A stretch of DNA of 64,000 nucleotides from an uncultured virus (IMG/VR IMGVR_UViG_3300033153_014157) (IMGVR_UViG_3300033153_014157); one strand, 5' to 3'; numbered from the stretch's first letter, positions 38,666 to 49,217 are shown. Made by a program: numbers and translations. The notes: generated from the sequence alone by a model not told the origin.

Positions 38666-39601
38666 TCATTTATCCTCGAATTCAATCGTTCCGTTCTCCA
38701 GCTGTTGCATGAACGAGTTCATTTCTTCCTGACCTATGTTCCTCAATGACCTCACGCTTTCAACGTCATCAGTAGCACCTGATTGACTAGATTCAGGGCT
38801 GGCAGATGGAGGAGGTAGCGCAACAGAATTAGTCACATCGACTGGTGTCATCGTGTTTTGCGGCAATGCACTAAATAAATCCTCATCAGCAATCACGTCC
38901 CGTCTATTTTGCCTTCTCGCCCTTCGGCGCGGGGCGAGGTCGCCATCATCATCATTCACGCCGAACCCTTCTATATTGAGCCTTCTAGATACATCACGCG
39001 TGCTGAGTTGTTCGGCTTTTATCTTTAGCTTGTTTATCTCGTCCTGAAAATCCACTAACAATTTATTTCTCACGCGCTCTTTAAGGCGAGAAACATCTGA
39101 CTCTTTTATCTCTATACCTAAATGCGTGAATAATGCCTTGTATTGATTATCTGTTGCATCAACAACCATCCTCACCAAGTGCGTTAATTCATCCCGCATT
39201 TGCAATACGTAATTCGTGAGGCTCAATAGTTCTTCTTCTTCTCGTTTTATCAACATGTTTATCGTGTTCTGATAAAACTTCTTCGTCCTATTGGGTATTC
39301 TCGTTGCCTTTTCTATTATCGCTTCCAAGTCATCGTTTTCTTGTAGTGGAATTAGTTCTTTATCGTCTCCGACTTCTAACATTCGTAAGAACATTGTATT
39401 TTTGTCCAATCTAAACAAGAACGGAGCTATCTCGACTTTACTTTTGAATATATAGTGCTTTTTCCAGAACAGCACGCCGCGATGACCGTGTATTTCCTTA
39501 CCTGATATCAACTGAACTTTCGTTTCTTCTATGTAACGAAATCCGTCTTCGTGTTGTACTATCCAATATAGCGTTAATGGCATGTTATCTTCTCGCGGCA
39601 C
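38666..39601 (-). CDS. Hypothetical coiled-coil protein with disordered C-terminus
   Basis: 311 aa ORF. Confidence 0.6.
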   Translation of the reverse strand: MPREDNMPLTLYWIVQHEDGFRYIEETKVQLISGKEIHGHRGVLFWKKHYIFKSKVEIAPFLFRLDKNTMFLRMLEVGDDKELIPLQENDDLEAIIEKATRIPNRTKKFYQNTINMLIKREEEELLSLTNYVLQMRDELTHLVRMVVDATDNQYKALFTHLGIEIKESDVSRLKERVRNKLLVDFQDEINKLKIKAEQLSTRDVSRRLNIEGFGVNDDDGDLAPRRRARRQNRRDVIADEDLFSALPQNTMTPVDVTNSVALPPPSASPESSQSGATDDVESVRSLRNIGQEEMNSFMQQLENGTIEFEDK

Positions 39602-39612
39602 GTTTTTTTAAA

Positions 39613-39957
39613 TTAAAATATGATGTCATCACCGAGGTCGTCAAGCGATATTATATCGTCTTGTTGTTTCTCGGCATCATCAGTGACATCAAACTTGAAG
39701 TCATCAAAATCAATGTCATCAATCACGACTTCTGTCTTATTATTCCTTTTACGTTTTGGAGAACTTCGCGGATAACTCGATGACGACTTCAGAGCCTTAC
39801 TAGCCTTTATCGCGAGTTCTGGATCTGCTATCGGAATCGTGTCTATTATTGCGACATTATCATCAAATATCGGCTCTATGAAAAAATCGTCGTCTGAAAA
39901 CCGCTCTTTCTTCAGCTTTTTTTTGTACTCACTAGTTCCAAAAACGCGTTTTTGCAT
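39613..39957 (-). CDS. Acidic low-complexity hypothetical protein
   Basis: Asp-rich 114 aa ORF. Confidence 0.55.
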   Translation of the reverse strand: MQKRVFGTSEYKKKLKKERFSDDDFFIEPIFDDNVAIIDTIPIADPELAIKASKALKSSSSYPRSSPKRKRNNKTEVVIDDIDFDDFKFDVTDDAEKQQDDIISLDDLGDDIIF

Positions 39958-40008
39958 GACAAGATCATCTCTTGCCTCATATTTAAATGATTTCTGAAAT
40001 GATTTAAT

Positions 40009-40518
40009 TTAATAAATTGGGTTCAACCCTAACTTCATTAATACCCTGTGATCGACATCATTCGTCACGGGGCTCCATAGACCAAAATCGACAAACTTGT
40101 CCATGAGTTGAGGTCTAGGTTTTATGCCATCTATACATCTGACAAGGTCTGTCAGTACTTCTACCATGCTAGATTCCTTCGGTCTTTTTAACTCTAAATC
40201 GTCAAACAGCCATCCCAGACGCTTTAACGCGTCCCTACCCTGATAAATGTTAATCTTGAAACGTGATGACAGGAACACGGCAATCCAAGGCATCTGAACT
40301 CGGTACAGGTGCGTGTCTAATTCATTGTAAACGTCATCACCTAGGACAAATGCGCGCCCAAGATATTCTAACACGCGTGCCGGTAACCTGTTATATGGAA
40401 ACTCTATGTCACGCTTCATTATCAATCCATTCTTTAATGATTTCAGCACGCGTTCTGCCGTCCTGCCGAACAACACGTGCGGCTCTACACTTTTTACTAC
40501 CATTATTATCACATGCAC
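40009..40518 (-). CDS. Hypothetical protein
   Basis: 169 aa ORF. Confidence 0.55.
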   Translation of the reverse strand: MHVIIMVVKSVEPHVLFGRTAERVLKSLKNGLIMKRDIEFPYNRLPARVLEYLGRAFVLGDDVYNELDTHLYRVQMPWIAVFLSSRFKINIYQGRDALKRLGWLFDDLELKRPKESSMVEVLTDLVRCIDGIKPRPQLMDKFVDFGLWSPVTNDVDHRVLMKLGLNPIY

Positions 40519-40530
40519 TTTATAATAAAC

Positions 40531-41016
40531 TCATATTGATTTCCACGCCTCTAACAAAACTCTATTCGACACCTTTCGCCGCGAGTCTTTGTCTTCATTG
40601 ATGGCGAATGGTGACGAGGCATTAAACCATTTCATGAATTTCTTGAAGTATATCTTTCTACGGTCTTCGTTTTTGTCAAATTCGAAGAATTCGTGATTCT
40701 TCTTGAATGCAGAAAATGTCATGTTGCCAGAGCCTGAGTACAACTCGAATTCCGTGATTATGCACTTCCCGTGCAAGTTTGGGTCGCGCCTGATTTCTAT
40801 CAACGGATTATTTTGTAATATCTTGACGCTATTGATCTCGCGCTCCGTATCATCACGTAACAATATCTTTATGTCGCCTGCGCCACAGAACTTAGCGATC
40901 ATTTCTGCCTCTTCTTCACTTATCCAAGGAGTAGCAATCAAGCAGAAGGAACTGGCATCAGCAATCATTTTAACGATTTTCATTCTCGCTTCTTTTCCTT
41001 CTAACAATTCCGTCAC
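40531..41016 (-). CDS. Phospholipase D-family (Nuc-like) single HKD protein
   Basis: IATPWI, LHGKCIITE, SGSGNMT, NHE. Confidence 0.8.
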   Translation of the reverse strand: MTELLEGKEARMKIVKMIADASSFCLIATPWISEEEAEMIAKFCGAGDIKILLRDDTEREINSVKILQNNPLIEIRRDPNLHGKCIITEFELYSGSGNMTFSAFKKNHEFFEFDKNEDRRKIYFKKFMKWFNASSPFAINEDKDSRRKVSNRVLLEAWKSI

Positions 41017-41027
41017 GTCGAGTCATC

Positions 41028-41843
41028 TCAGGTATTTAACAGGTCATGACTTACCACGCGCTTTTCGAATATTTCGTCAAGCACCGATGATTCTATGCGA
41101 ATCTTTGCGATCGGGAATAGGTTGCCATCTCTAATCATACATTGTGCCCCGTTCACGTTTTCGTCGATCTTGACGCGTGAAAATACATTATTTACTTCTA
41201 GTATATTTAGTTCGATATCCGTTATTAGTATGTTACCTTTCCCACTTGAACGCGATCTGATCAGGTTTTCTGTAACATCCATCTTATCGGCGTCACGCGC
41301 CGTTTTATAACGTTCTCTTATTTTTTTTCGCAACTCTTGTACCATCGTGTTCAGTGCCATGTATTTACTCGTCACTGAATAAATTATCTTTGACAATTCA
41401 TTAATGCGTGAATTTATTTCGTTAATGTGCTTTCCTATTTCATCATTTACGTTAAACAGGAATGACACGTTATGTTCCAATTCCGCTATTCCAACGCGCA
41501 GTGTGGTCTTATACCCGTTCTCTCGCTCAAGTTTGAACACGGAGTTCATCATACCGAGTCGCATTATCACGTTTTCGTCGAGGTAATTAAGCGTTCCGCG
41601 AAGCTCGCTTTCGAGCATGAAATCGACCATCTCAAAATATAATTTTTTCAGTCCGTTTATCACGCATTTGTCGTTAGTGCAATATATCATGTCCACGTAA
41701 ACAGGTGTATATTTCTTTCGGCACTTATTGCAACATTTATCATCTATCAGATGTAATATTTTATATTTTTCTATATTTTTGCCTAATTCCATCAGTCGCG
41801 ACTGAAAAAACTCTTTTAACATGCTCATTGTTACCAACATCAC
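41028..41843 (-). CDS. Zn-finger plus coiled-coil hypothetical protein
   Basis: CNKC...CTNDKC; heptad region. Confidence 0.55.
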   Translation of the reverse strand: MMLVTMSMLKEFFQSRLMELGKNIEKYKILHLIDDKCCNKCRKKYTPVYVDMIYCTNDKCVINGLKKLYFEMVDFMLESELRGTLNYLDENVIMRLGMMNSVFKLERENGYKTTLRVGIAELEHNVSFLFNVNDEIGKHINEINSRINELSKIIYSVTSKYMALNTMVQELRKKIRERYKTARDADKMDVTENLIRSRSSGKGNILITDIELNILEVNNVFSRVKIDENVNGAQCMIRDGNLFPIAKIRIESSVLDEIFEKRVVSHDLLNT

Positions 41844-41935
41844 TAAACCATTACTTTATTTCTAACATTTGATGTTTTTTATTTTTTTCTTCGTGCCTAA
41901 GTAGTTTAAATATTGCTTTTTCAGTAAAGATTTAC

Positions 41936-43039
41936 ATGCCAAAAAAGAAAATAAAACCAAAAAAGAAAAAAAAGACAAAAACGGATGCGAAAAAAGTGGA
42001 ACAAGAACCATCCTTTGACGAAGTAATTGATGAAATCGAAAATGATGACGCAGAAGACAGCGACACTATTAGTCTAGAGATGGAGAATGCCATCAACTTA
42101 TTTAAAGAACTCGATGGTGTCGGACCTAGCACGGCGCGAATATTATGCGAAAACGGAAAATATACGTTAGAATCACTCATCGTCTTAACGGCGAAAGAGT
42201 TATCAGCAGATACCGGGATTGGTGAAAACACCTGTTCAAAGATAATCACGTCAGCGAGAAAATTTCTCAACGTTGATTTCAAATTGGCGATAGACATACT
42301 AAATGAACGCAGCAAAATTAAACGTTTTACAACTGGTTCTAGTGAACTCGATGCGCTTATAGGTGGAGGTATCGAGCCAAAAGTAATATACGAATTTTAT
42401 GGTGAATTCAGAACTGGTAAAACACAAATTTGCCATCAGGCGTGCATTACAGTACAGCTACCTGAAGAACACGGAGGAATAAATGGTAGCGCGTTGTATA
42501 TAGATGCCGAGGGTACCTTTCGACCAGAGCGGCTCGTACAGATAGTAAAGAATAGGTATGCAGAAATATTAGATCCAGATGATGTCCTAAAACGCATAGT
42601 TTATGCACGTGCATATAGTTCAGATCATCAATACTTCATAATCGAAAAGATTCCGGAACTGATAAAAAGTAATAAAGACCTAAAGCTCGTGGTGATTGAC
42701 TCAATCATCTCGCATTTCAGGGCAGAATATCTTGGAAGGGGAACTTTATCAGATAGACAGCAAAAATTGAATAGGCAAATACACCTGCTACAAAAGGTCG
42801 CGGACTCCAACAATCTGACTATATTCATGACTAATCAAGTGATGAGCTCGCCCGGGATCATGTTTGGAGATCCGACGCGCCCTATTGGAGGACATGTCAT
42901 AGCACATGCTTCCGCATATAGATTATACCTCAGAAAATCAAAGTCAAATCTTCGTGTCGTGAAGCTCATAGACTCTCCATCACTTCCAGAAGGAGAAGTA
43001 GCACTAAAAATTACAGATAGTGGAGTAGAAGATTCTTAA
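41936..43039 (+). CDS. radA: Archaeal RadA recombinase with charged N-terminal extension
   Basis: HhH N-domain, GEFRTGKTQ, IDAEGTFRPER, VIDS, YLGRGTLSDRQQ, PIGGHVIAH. Confidence 0.96.
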   Translation: MPKKKIKPKKKKKTKTDAKKVEQEPSFDEVIDEIENDDAEDSDTISLEMENAINLFKELDGVGPSTARILCENGKYTLESLIVLTAKELSADTGIGENTCSKIITSARKFLNVDFKLAIDILNERSKIKRFTTGSSELDALIGGGIEPKVIYEFYGEFRTGKTQICHQACITVQLPEEHGGINGSALYIDAEGTFRPERLVQIVKNRYAEILDPDDVLKRIVYARAYSSDHQYFIIEKIPELIKSNKDLKLVVIDSIISHFRAEYLGRGTLSDRQQKLNRQIHLLQKVADSNNLTIFMTNQVMSSPGIMFGDPTRPIGGHVIAHASAYRLYLRKSKSNLRVVKLIDSPSLPEGEVALKITDSGVEDS

Positions 43040-43875
43040 AATATTGGCTTACCATAATCGGTTTCTGGAGAATAAGTCCTAGATGGAACGCGCCTTCTAT
43101 TTTTTTTCTTCTTTCTAAACTTCGGTTCACGAGTAGAATCGAAATATTGTTCTAATGCTTCACTTGGTATTTCCGTGCCCAATGATTTCATCATTCCCGT
43201 GATGAATTGCGTGCGCTCTAAATCTTCAATCATTTTATCAGTGGGATTTTTCAGCTTTATCTTGCGTTCAACTACCTTCTCGTTGCCTTCCATGTCTTCT
43301 ACGATTTTTCTGTATATTACCACCACGTCATTAGATATGCGTTCCGTTTTTTTTCGCATCACGTCAAATGAGTATTGCAGATCATCGACTTCGGCACGAC
43401 CGATTCCCTCAACATCAAACGTGAACGTCGCAGAAAAGACTCCCTTAACGAATAATTTTATTCCATATACCTCGCTTTGTTCTAATGGATCTTCTGAAAG
43501 AATTATGACCTTCATGAAGGACATTTCTAGCATCTTGCTACCTACATCACCTAGCTGTATCACTATCGGTTTGATGTCCGTCTTTTTTGATTCGGTTGCT
43601 GATTCTTCTTCAGGAATGCTAAAAAAATGACGCGTTTCGTTTTCCAATATATCGCGCGGCACGACATCTGAAACGTGTACCTCTAAGGCATGTTTTCCTT
43701 CATCATAAAACACGTTAATATTACCATCATGCTGTATTGTCACTTTTGGGAATTCAACTTCCATCTCGAAGTTCGCTATGGGGACTTCCATGTTCACGAA
43801 CAAGCGTTCTATCGTGTGCCGAATGAATTGTATTGCCGATATATCTTTTTTATCACTACCTAATACCCAACTCAA
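43036..43875 (-). CDS. Hypothetical protein
   Basis: 279 aa ORF in minus-strand operon. Confidence 0.6.
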   Translation of the reverse strand: MSWVLGSDKKDISAIQFIRHTIERLFVNMEVPIANFEMEVEFPKVTIQHDGNINVFYDEGKHALEVHVSDVVPRDILENETRHFFSIPEEESATESKKTDIKPIVIQLGDVGSKMLEMSFMKVIILSEDPLEQSEVYGIKLFVKGVFSATFTFDVEGIGRAEVDDLQYSFDVMRKKTERISNDVVVIYRKIVEDMEGNEKVVERKIKLKNPTDKMIEDLERTQFITGMMKSLGTEIPSEALEQYFDSTREPKFRKKKKNRRRVPSRTYSPETDYGKPIF

Positions 43876-43892
43876 ATGACCGCGTCCCCTAA

Positions 43893-44438
43893 TTAGATTT
43901 CGTTCTCGAATTCTTCTTTACCAGCTTCTTCAGGTGTCAATTCAACATTTTGTTCAATGGATATTTCACTAAACGTCTTGCTGATTTTATTTGCCATCGC
44001 CATTATCCTTTTTGGAACGTTTATCAGGCGCAATATTATCGTGGCGACAGTATTTGTCATTATTATCCCGCTTTCCTTGTCGAAGACGCCGTAATTTAAC
44101 ACGAGTGATATCGGTAGGATTTCCGAGTATTCTTGTTCTTCCCTTATTGAGAATAGAATTATCCGCAATGATTGGAAAAAACCAAGCGGTATGAGTAGGA
44201 AACCATCATTAAAGTCCAATGATAATTTCTTTATTTTTGCATCTTTAAACTCGTACTCCATTACCGTGGCGCGTGCTGATTTCTTTTTTATCGCGTGTAC
44301 AGCCCCACCTAATACGACATGTTCATAATTAACCAATTTTGACGCATTTATCGCGCTTACGAGAAAACGCGTGATGACAATCTGAAAATCCTTCGGTTCT
44401 TTTAATAACTTTTTTTGGTAGCCAAGTTGTTTTGCCAT
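43893..44438 (-). CDS. Hypothetical protein
   Basis: 181 aa ORF. Confidence 0.6.
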   Translation of the reverse strand: MAKQLGYQKKLLKEPKDFQIVITRFLVSAINASKLVNYEHVVLGGAVHAIKKKSARATVMEYEFKDAKIKKLSLDFNDGFLLIPLGFFQSLRIILFSIREEQEYSEILPISLVLNYGVFDKESGIIMTNTVATIILRLINVPKRIMAMANKISKTFSEISIEQNVELTPEEAGKEEFENEI

Positions 44439-44455
44439 TTATTTCACGTTCCTAA

Positions 44456-45121
44456 TCAATCAAACACGTATAAATAAACGCTAATTCCAAACTGTAATAA
44501 TTCTAACACGAATAAATAGTTCGCGTAGATCGTTCCGTATAAAACCGCAATCGATATCACGTCTGGAATAAATGCCTTCAAGTAGATATAATCAACGTTA
44601 TAATACATTAATGCCGTGATGATCAAGTATCCAACGAATGCCATCATGACCCACGGAACGAAGCTGAAATAATAAACGATTCTTATTACTGTCCATGCCA
44701 GATGATCCCACATTAACCACTTCGTGTTTTTAACATATCGTATGAATTTAGTAGAGAATATGTCCAAAAATGACAATAACGTGAAAAAAACGACTGATGG
44801 CACGTCAAACAATATTACCAAGAATGTAACAATGACTTTCGTGACTATGATTAGAGCTATCACGATATTCTTATTATTTCTCAAGTTTATCTTAAAGCTA
44901 TATTTATTCAAATCTCTTTGTAATGACAACTTTATTCCAAAGCCGCGGAACGCGAGTGCTATCAATATGAAAATGCCGAATAGTGATAAATACATCAATA
45001 GCACGTTAAAAAAACTAACGAAGTTTAGATTTATGTAAGTTAGCATCATTGCTAATGTCAATATCAAGACTGATATTATTTCTGGTGTATGTGATGACCT
45101 TCTTGAAACCTTTTTTATCAT
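44456..45121 (-). CDS. Polytopic membrane protein
   Basis: Six or more hydrophobic segments. Confidence 0.65.
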   Translation of the reverse strand: MIKKVSRRSSHTPEIISVLILTLAMMLTYINLNFVSFFNVLLMYLSLFGIFILIALAFRGFGIKLSLQRDLNKYSFKINLRNNKNIVIALIIVTKVIVTFLVILFDVPSVVFFTLLSFLDIFSTKFIRYVKNTKWLMWDHLAWTVIRIVYYFSFVPWVMMAFVGYLIITALMYYNVDYIYLKAFIPDVISIAVLYGTIYANYLFVLELLQFGISVYLYVFD

Positions 45122-45447
45122 GCTACTCGTCTCAACACGCGATTTTTCCAGTCTTCATATTTTTTCTTTACCGAGTTTAATATTTCGTCCAAGTCATTGC
45201 CGCGCTCCTCGATCGACACGCCAGAACGCGTTATTCCCAAACCAACGTAACAAGCATTGTCAAGCGAGTTCTTGCTGAATTTACCATTTATGATGAACTC
45301 GATCTCGACTTCTGGTATTTTCATGTATATTGAAACCTCCCGCTTGTTGTTATCGTTTGATAACTCGTTTTCTATCTGTTCCGCAATCGAATTTATTTTC
45401 GTGATGAATTCAGAAAAATCTAACATGTTAATCTCTTTGTCAGGCAT
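45118..45447 (-). CDS. Hypothetical protein
   Basis: AGGAGG upstream; 109 aa. Confidence 0.65.
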   Translation of the reverse strand: MPDKEINMLDFSEFITKINSIAEQIENELSNDNNKREVSIYMKIPEVEIEFIINGKFSKNSLDNACYVGLGITRSGVSIEERGNDLDEILNSVKKKYEDWKNRVLRRVA

Positions 45448-45465
45448 TTGACATCCTCCTTAGCA

Positions 45466-45858
45466 TTAATAACCTAAGATTAAAACGTGCGACATCGCAA
45501 ATCCTAACGTTGTCTGCGCGACTGCCGCTGCCCATCCAGATGCTAACCCTAGGCACGCGTATAACACGACCGACAATATTATCTTGTCATAAACTAATGA
45601 TCTATCAATGGCTGAAAACACGAGCAAGAGAATCACGGTCGTGAATAACAACACGACATCCGATACTAACAATCCAAACATCACCACTTGTGGTAGCATT
45701 AGCAATACCGCAACTACTTCTAGCATCTGACCAGAAACAAATCCCAATAACACGCTTGCCACTATTACCAGCAGCTTAAACATTTTGGAATTCCCTTGCG
45801 CCTTTTCAACATGTTTTATTCCCGTTCTACTAGATAATGACACGTCCCGTTCACCCAA
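45466..45858 (-). CDS. Membrane protein (3-4 TM)
   Basis: Hydrophobic helices. Confidence 0.6.
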   Translation of the reverse strand: MGERDVSLSSRTGIKHVEKAQGNSKMFKLLVIVASVLLGFVSGQMLEVVAVLLMLPQVVMFGLLVSDVVLLFTTVILLLVFSAIDRSLVYDKIILSVVLYACLGLASGWAAAVAQTTLGFAMSHVLILGY

Positions 45859-46426
45859 ACCTGATAACGCTTAATAACGTTATTATTATCAACAATATTG
45901 TCAATAGCATGTAAAAAATGTTAAATAATATTATGGCGAAGGCATTGCTCATTCCTTCGGAATACAATACTAATGCAAACACGCCAAGCCACGAGAACAA
46001 AATTGCGAACACGAATAACACTATTATCACGAGTGTCCTGCTTGATAAAACAAAGCTAACACGTAATACCATGTCGTCCCGATTTGCAATTTTCATCGAG
46101 CGCGTTTGGACGCGCCTTACTATCGGGTCGCGACCGCGCACTGCGTGAAATAACGTCCACGCAAATGCCGACAACAATATGAAGCCCTCCAATAGCGCAA
46201 TGCCGATCATCACCAATAACAGCTCGATAGACGATGATAGCGGGACGAAGACCATGATTCTCGGCATGTTTGATAGCGCATTCGACATTATTAATACCGA
46301 TATTGATATTAGTAGTGCTATTATCGTCACGGTTATTATCGTCACGATTTCCCATTTACGTTTAGAGCTAACAGAATTCTTGTTAATATTTACCCTGCTT
46401 GCCAATGATGAATGTGATGGCGACAT
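45851..46426 (-). CDS. Membrane protein (4 TM)
   Basis: Hydrophobic helices. Confidence 0.6.
   Translation of the reverse strand: MSPSHSSLASRVNINKNSVSSKRKWEIVTIITVTIIALLISISVLIMSNALSNMPRIMVFVPLSSSIELLLVMIGIALLEGFILLSAFAWTLFHAVRGRDPIVRRVQTRSMKIANRDDMVLRVSFVLSSRTLVIIVLFVFAILFSWLGVFALVLYSEGMSNAFAIILFNIFYMLLTILLIIITLLSVIRFG
46362..46372 (+). repeat. Dispersed motif TTAGAGCTAAC (copy 8)
   Basis: Exact 11-mer; antisense, encodes VSSK. Confidence 0.9.
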
Positions 46427-46477
46427 TTATATCACGACCAAATTAACTAAAACGCGACGTATTATTTATCATTTTTG

Positions 46478-47599
46478 TTAGAGCGCATTGCGGATCTTGC
46501 GTGCTATCTTGTCCGCAAGATTTTCTAGCATCAGGTCTTCTTCTTTTTTCAGTTTCTTTTCCAATTTATCGAGCTTGTCGGACTGTAGCCGGAGTTCCAA
46601 CCTTATATCATCTTTTAACTCTTTTAGCTCAATCGTTTGCCGCTTTAAATTCCCTAAACAAACGCGACCTTTTATGTCGTCATATAGTTCCATGAAACGA
46701 GGGATGTAGTCCTTTATGTAATTAGACCTCAAGACACCGAGCTTGTGCTGAGTCCACAACGCATACAGATCTGGATCGTTTTTAAACACGGGGCGTAATT
46801 CCGTGAAACATAATTGCCGAATCCATTTAGGCATGACCTTTGGATTCAGCGCGCTCTCATTACGCTTCAAGTAATACTTGTACAGCTTCGAGATCGCGGG
46901 AGACGTGACGGGGAAGATTCGTTCGTTAGGTCCTATGTCATACCTATTACAATACCGCTCTAACTCGAAGTGAAAGTTAGAGTCGAATACGTTCAAATAC
47001 GCTACCCGCTTCCTAATGGTTTTAACGCGAGTTTTTGCAACGTATAAAAAATTATTATCGTGCGTTGATTTGAAATCGTTCAGGCGCAAGTCTATTAAAT
47101 CCACGTTATTCCAACCAGTAAACAATTGAAGCTTAAGCCGCCGCCTGCCGCGGTCAGGCAGTATTTCATACAAGTCATACACGTCAAGCACGGTTATCTT
47201 CGCCACAAAACTCGGTAGTGGCGTGAAACTCTCTATCCATCGACTATTAGCTCGTAGGTCTTTGTCGCTCGAAATCAGTCCCATGAAACCCTGAACGCGC
47301 CACACGACCTGTAACAACCTGTTCTTGACGAGGTCGCGGTCTTTTTCTGGATTCTTCTTTAGCCTTCGTTCTAATTCACGATTCACGAAATCAATAAAGA
47401 CGCGCGCCTTGTGATTGCGATCTAGGTTTAGAAATTGCTCGAAACCACCACAACGCTCTTCTAGAAACGGATATATGGTTGCGACTTCGAGCAGGTATCT
47501 CCTGACTCTTTTATCATCAATGATAACATTCTCTTTCAAGAAGTCTGCAATTATAGGTATCCGTTCGATATATGATAGGTCTTTTCTCGGTCTTCCCAT
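46478..47599 (-). CDS. Divergent tyrosine recombinase/integrase with C-terminal coiled coil
   Basis: LQLFTGWNNVDLIDL (box I, Arg to Asn), RVKT, PKWIR, QH......NY. Confidence 0.7.
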   Translation of the reverse strand: MGRPRKDLSYIERIPIIADFLKENVIIDDKRVRRYLLEVATIYPFLEERCGGFEQFLNLDRNHKARVFIDFVNRELERRLKKNPEKDRDLVKNRLLQVVWRVQGFMGLISSDKDLRANSRWIESFTPLPSFVAKITVLDVYDLYEILPDRGRRRLKLQLFTGWNNVDLIDLRLNDFKSTHDNNFLYVAKTRVKTIRKRVAYLNVFDSNFHFELERYCNRYDIGPNERIFPVTSPAISKLYKYYLKRNESALNPKVMPKWIRQLCFTELRPVFKNDPDLYALWTQHKLGVLRSNYIKDYIPRFMELYDDIKGRVCLGNLKRQTIELKELKDDIRLELRLQSDKLDKLEKKLKKEEDLMLENLADKIARKIRNAL

Positions 47600-48470
47600 T
47601 TAAATCACGAAGCTCAATATTATCACAATTGTATTATCGCGTGCCAATTAATTAAAACCAATCCATTCGTGGAATCTCATGAAAATCATTCCATCCGCAT
47701 GAATGCCCGTGAACCTAGATCACGGACTTGATCGAAATTTTTTGCAACCAAATGAGATCGAAATCTGATTATCGCGGGCTCACACGGCTTCAGGAATTCG
47801 ATCCCGACTTTTTGCCGTTTCAATTAACGTCACGCAAAAGGTCAAGAATGAGATGCGGTGCACGCGTGTTTAGGCACGCTTCTATAAGGACGCACGCAAG
47901 TGTGTAGGCACACGGGCGCGGCATTGTTGCCGATAGTGTTCACGCGCGCTAACGTTACTGTTACCCATATTAGACTCGTATGCGCCGAGTCACGAACGAT
48001 GTCGCCAATCGTCACTATCCTGCCGCACTTCAAGCGAACCGACTCGGCTCATGACAATCCGTGACAAAAAAACGTCAGAAGCCCGCACCCAACATCAATC
48101 GGGGCGCAAGAATAGCGTCCCACCTATTGCTTCAATATTTCCGCTACTTAGGGGTTGTCAGGCGCGCAGTACCCGAAAACTCGTCACTGATGAAAAAAAC
48201 AACAAAAACATCGCGTGCAAGAAGTGCGGATTTCACGGGGAACGGGCACGGGCGCGCACCGACCCAATGCCCCGATCTTCTCTACCGAGATATTCGTGCC
48301 GTGGTATATCGCTCGCGCCGAAGCACGCTCCAAATCTTGTAACCATCGCGGCTTCATTCAGAAATATTTGTGATGCGTCTAGAGGACAATTCAGTTCCCC
48401 ACTAGTAGAAAAAAACATTTATTAAAGCGGTAAAACAACACCTTAATATCGCATATTGCGGGGACAAAAA

Positions 48471-49196
48471 ATGGTAATATTTAAAAATGAATTGTTAGGG
48501 GACATTCTAGTCTCCAAAAAAGCATTTGGCACGGGTTTTATTTTGAAGAACCCGCCAACACATCACTTCGACAAGTCTGCCGCTTCAGCGAACCAAAAGG
48601 CAATGTGGCAAGCATTGACCAAGGTCATGCTCACTGCAAAGGCAACAACGGTTCTTGACGGCAAGGTGATCTACGAGAATCCAGTCACTAGAAAAAAGAA
48701 AAAAGTTCCAACAGCTGCCGTGTGGTTAGCATTCAATCTTTCTGCAAATACTAACGATCTCGGGATCGAAGGTGGAAGAGTCGTTGGCGATAAGATGAAG
48801 ATCGCGGCATTTCACCTTTTGAAAAGCAGGTACCGGGCAAAATATTCTGCTGGCGTGATCGGCAAGATGCCAGACGATGCGACAATAATTAAAATTGTCA
48901 AGATGGCTGGTATCCGACCTCCATTCGAGAAAAAGCCGCTACTCTTGGAAGAAGAATTGGAGGCAATGGGCAAAGAAAACGTTGATTATCTTGACGTGAT
49001 TACAAATGCCTTGACAAAGGCTGTAAATGCGCACAAGGAAGTATTCGAACAAACATACGGAAAAGCAGAAGCAGAAGCATTTGCTAAAAATATCCTAGGC
49101 GGCAAGGGAGCTAGCAAGGAAAAAGTGAAACAAACACGCGGTGGAAAGGTTTCACGTGCTTGGTATGAAGAAGACGACTTAGGCAGCTTCTTTTAA
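48471..49196 (+). CDS. Basic Ala/Lys-rich hypothetical protein
   Basis: ATG 48471; followed by long T tract. Confidence 0.7.
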   Translation: MVIFKNELLGDILVSKKAFGTGFILKNPPTHHFDKSAASANQKAMWQALTKVMLTAKATTVLDGKVIYENPVTRKKKKVPTAAVWLAFNLSANTNDLGIEGGRVVGDKMKIAAFHLLKSRYRAKYSAGVIGKMPDDATIIKIVKMAGIRPPFEKKPLLLEEELEAMGKENVDYLDVITNALTKAVNAHKEVFEQTYGKAEAEAFAKNILGGKGASKEKVKQTRGGKVSRAWYEEDDLGSFF

Positions 49197-49217
49197 ACCG
49201 TGCCGATAACACCTTGA

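Noticed and set aside
46319..46346. 13 bp near-tandem repeat tattatcgtcacg
   Set aside because: Two copies within a hydrophobic helix codon run; low information.
47791..47810. T-loop-like ttcgatccc near the integrase (possible tRNA or att site)
   Set aside because: Flanks do not pair into a T stem, and no cloverleaf or acceptor stem could be built.
47842..48425. Four short overlapping ORFs in the GC-richer region
   Set aside because: They overlap each other, have atypical composition and show no motifs; likely spurious.
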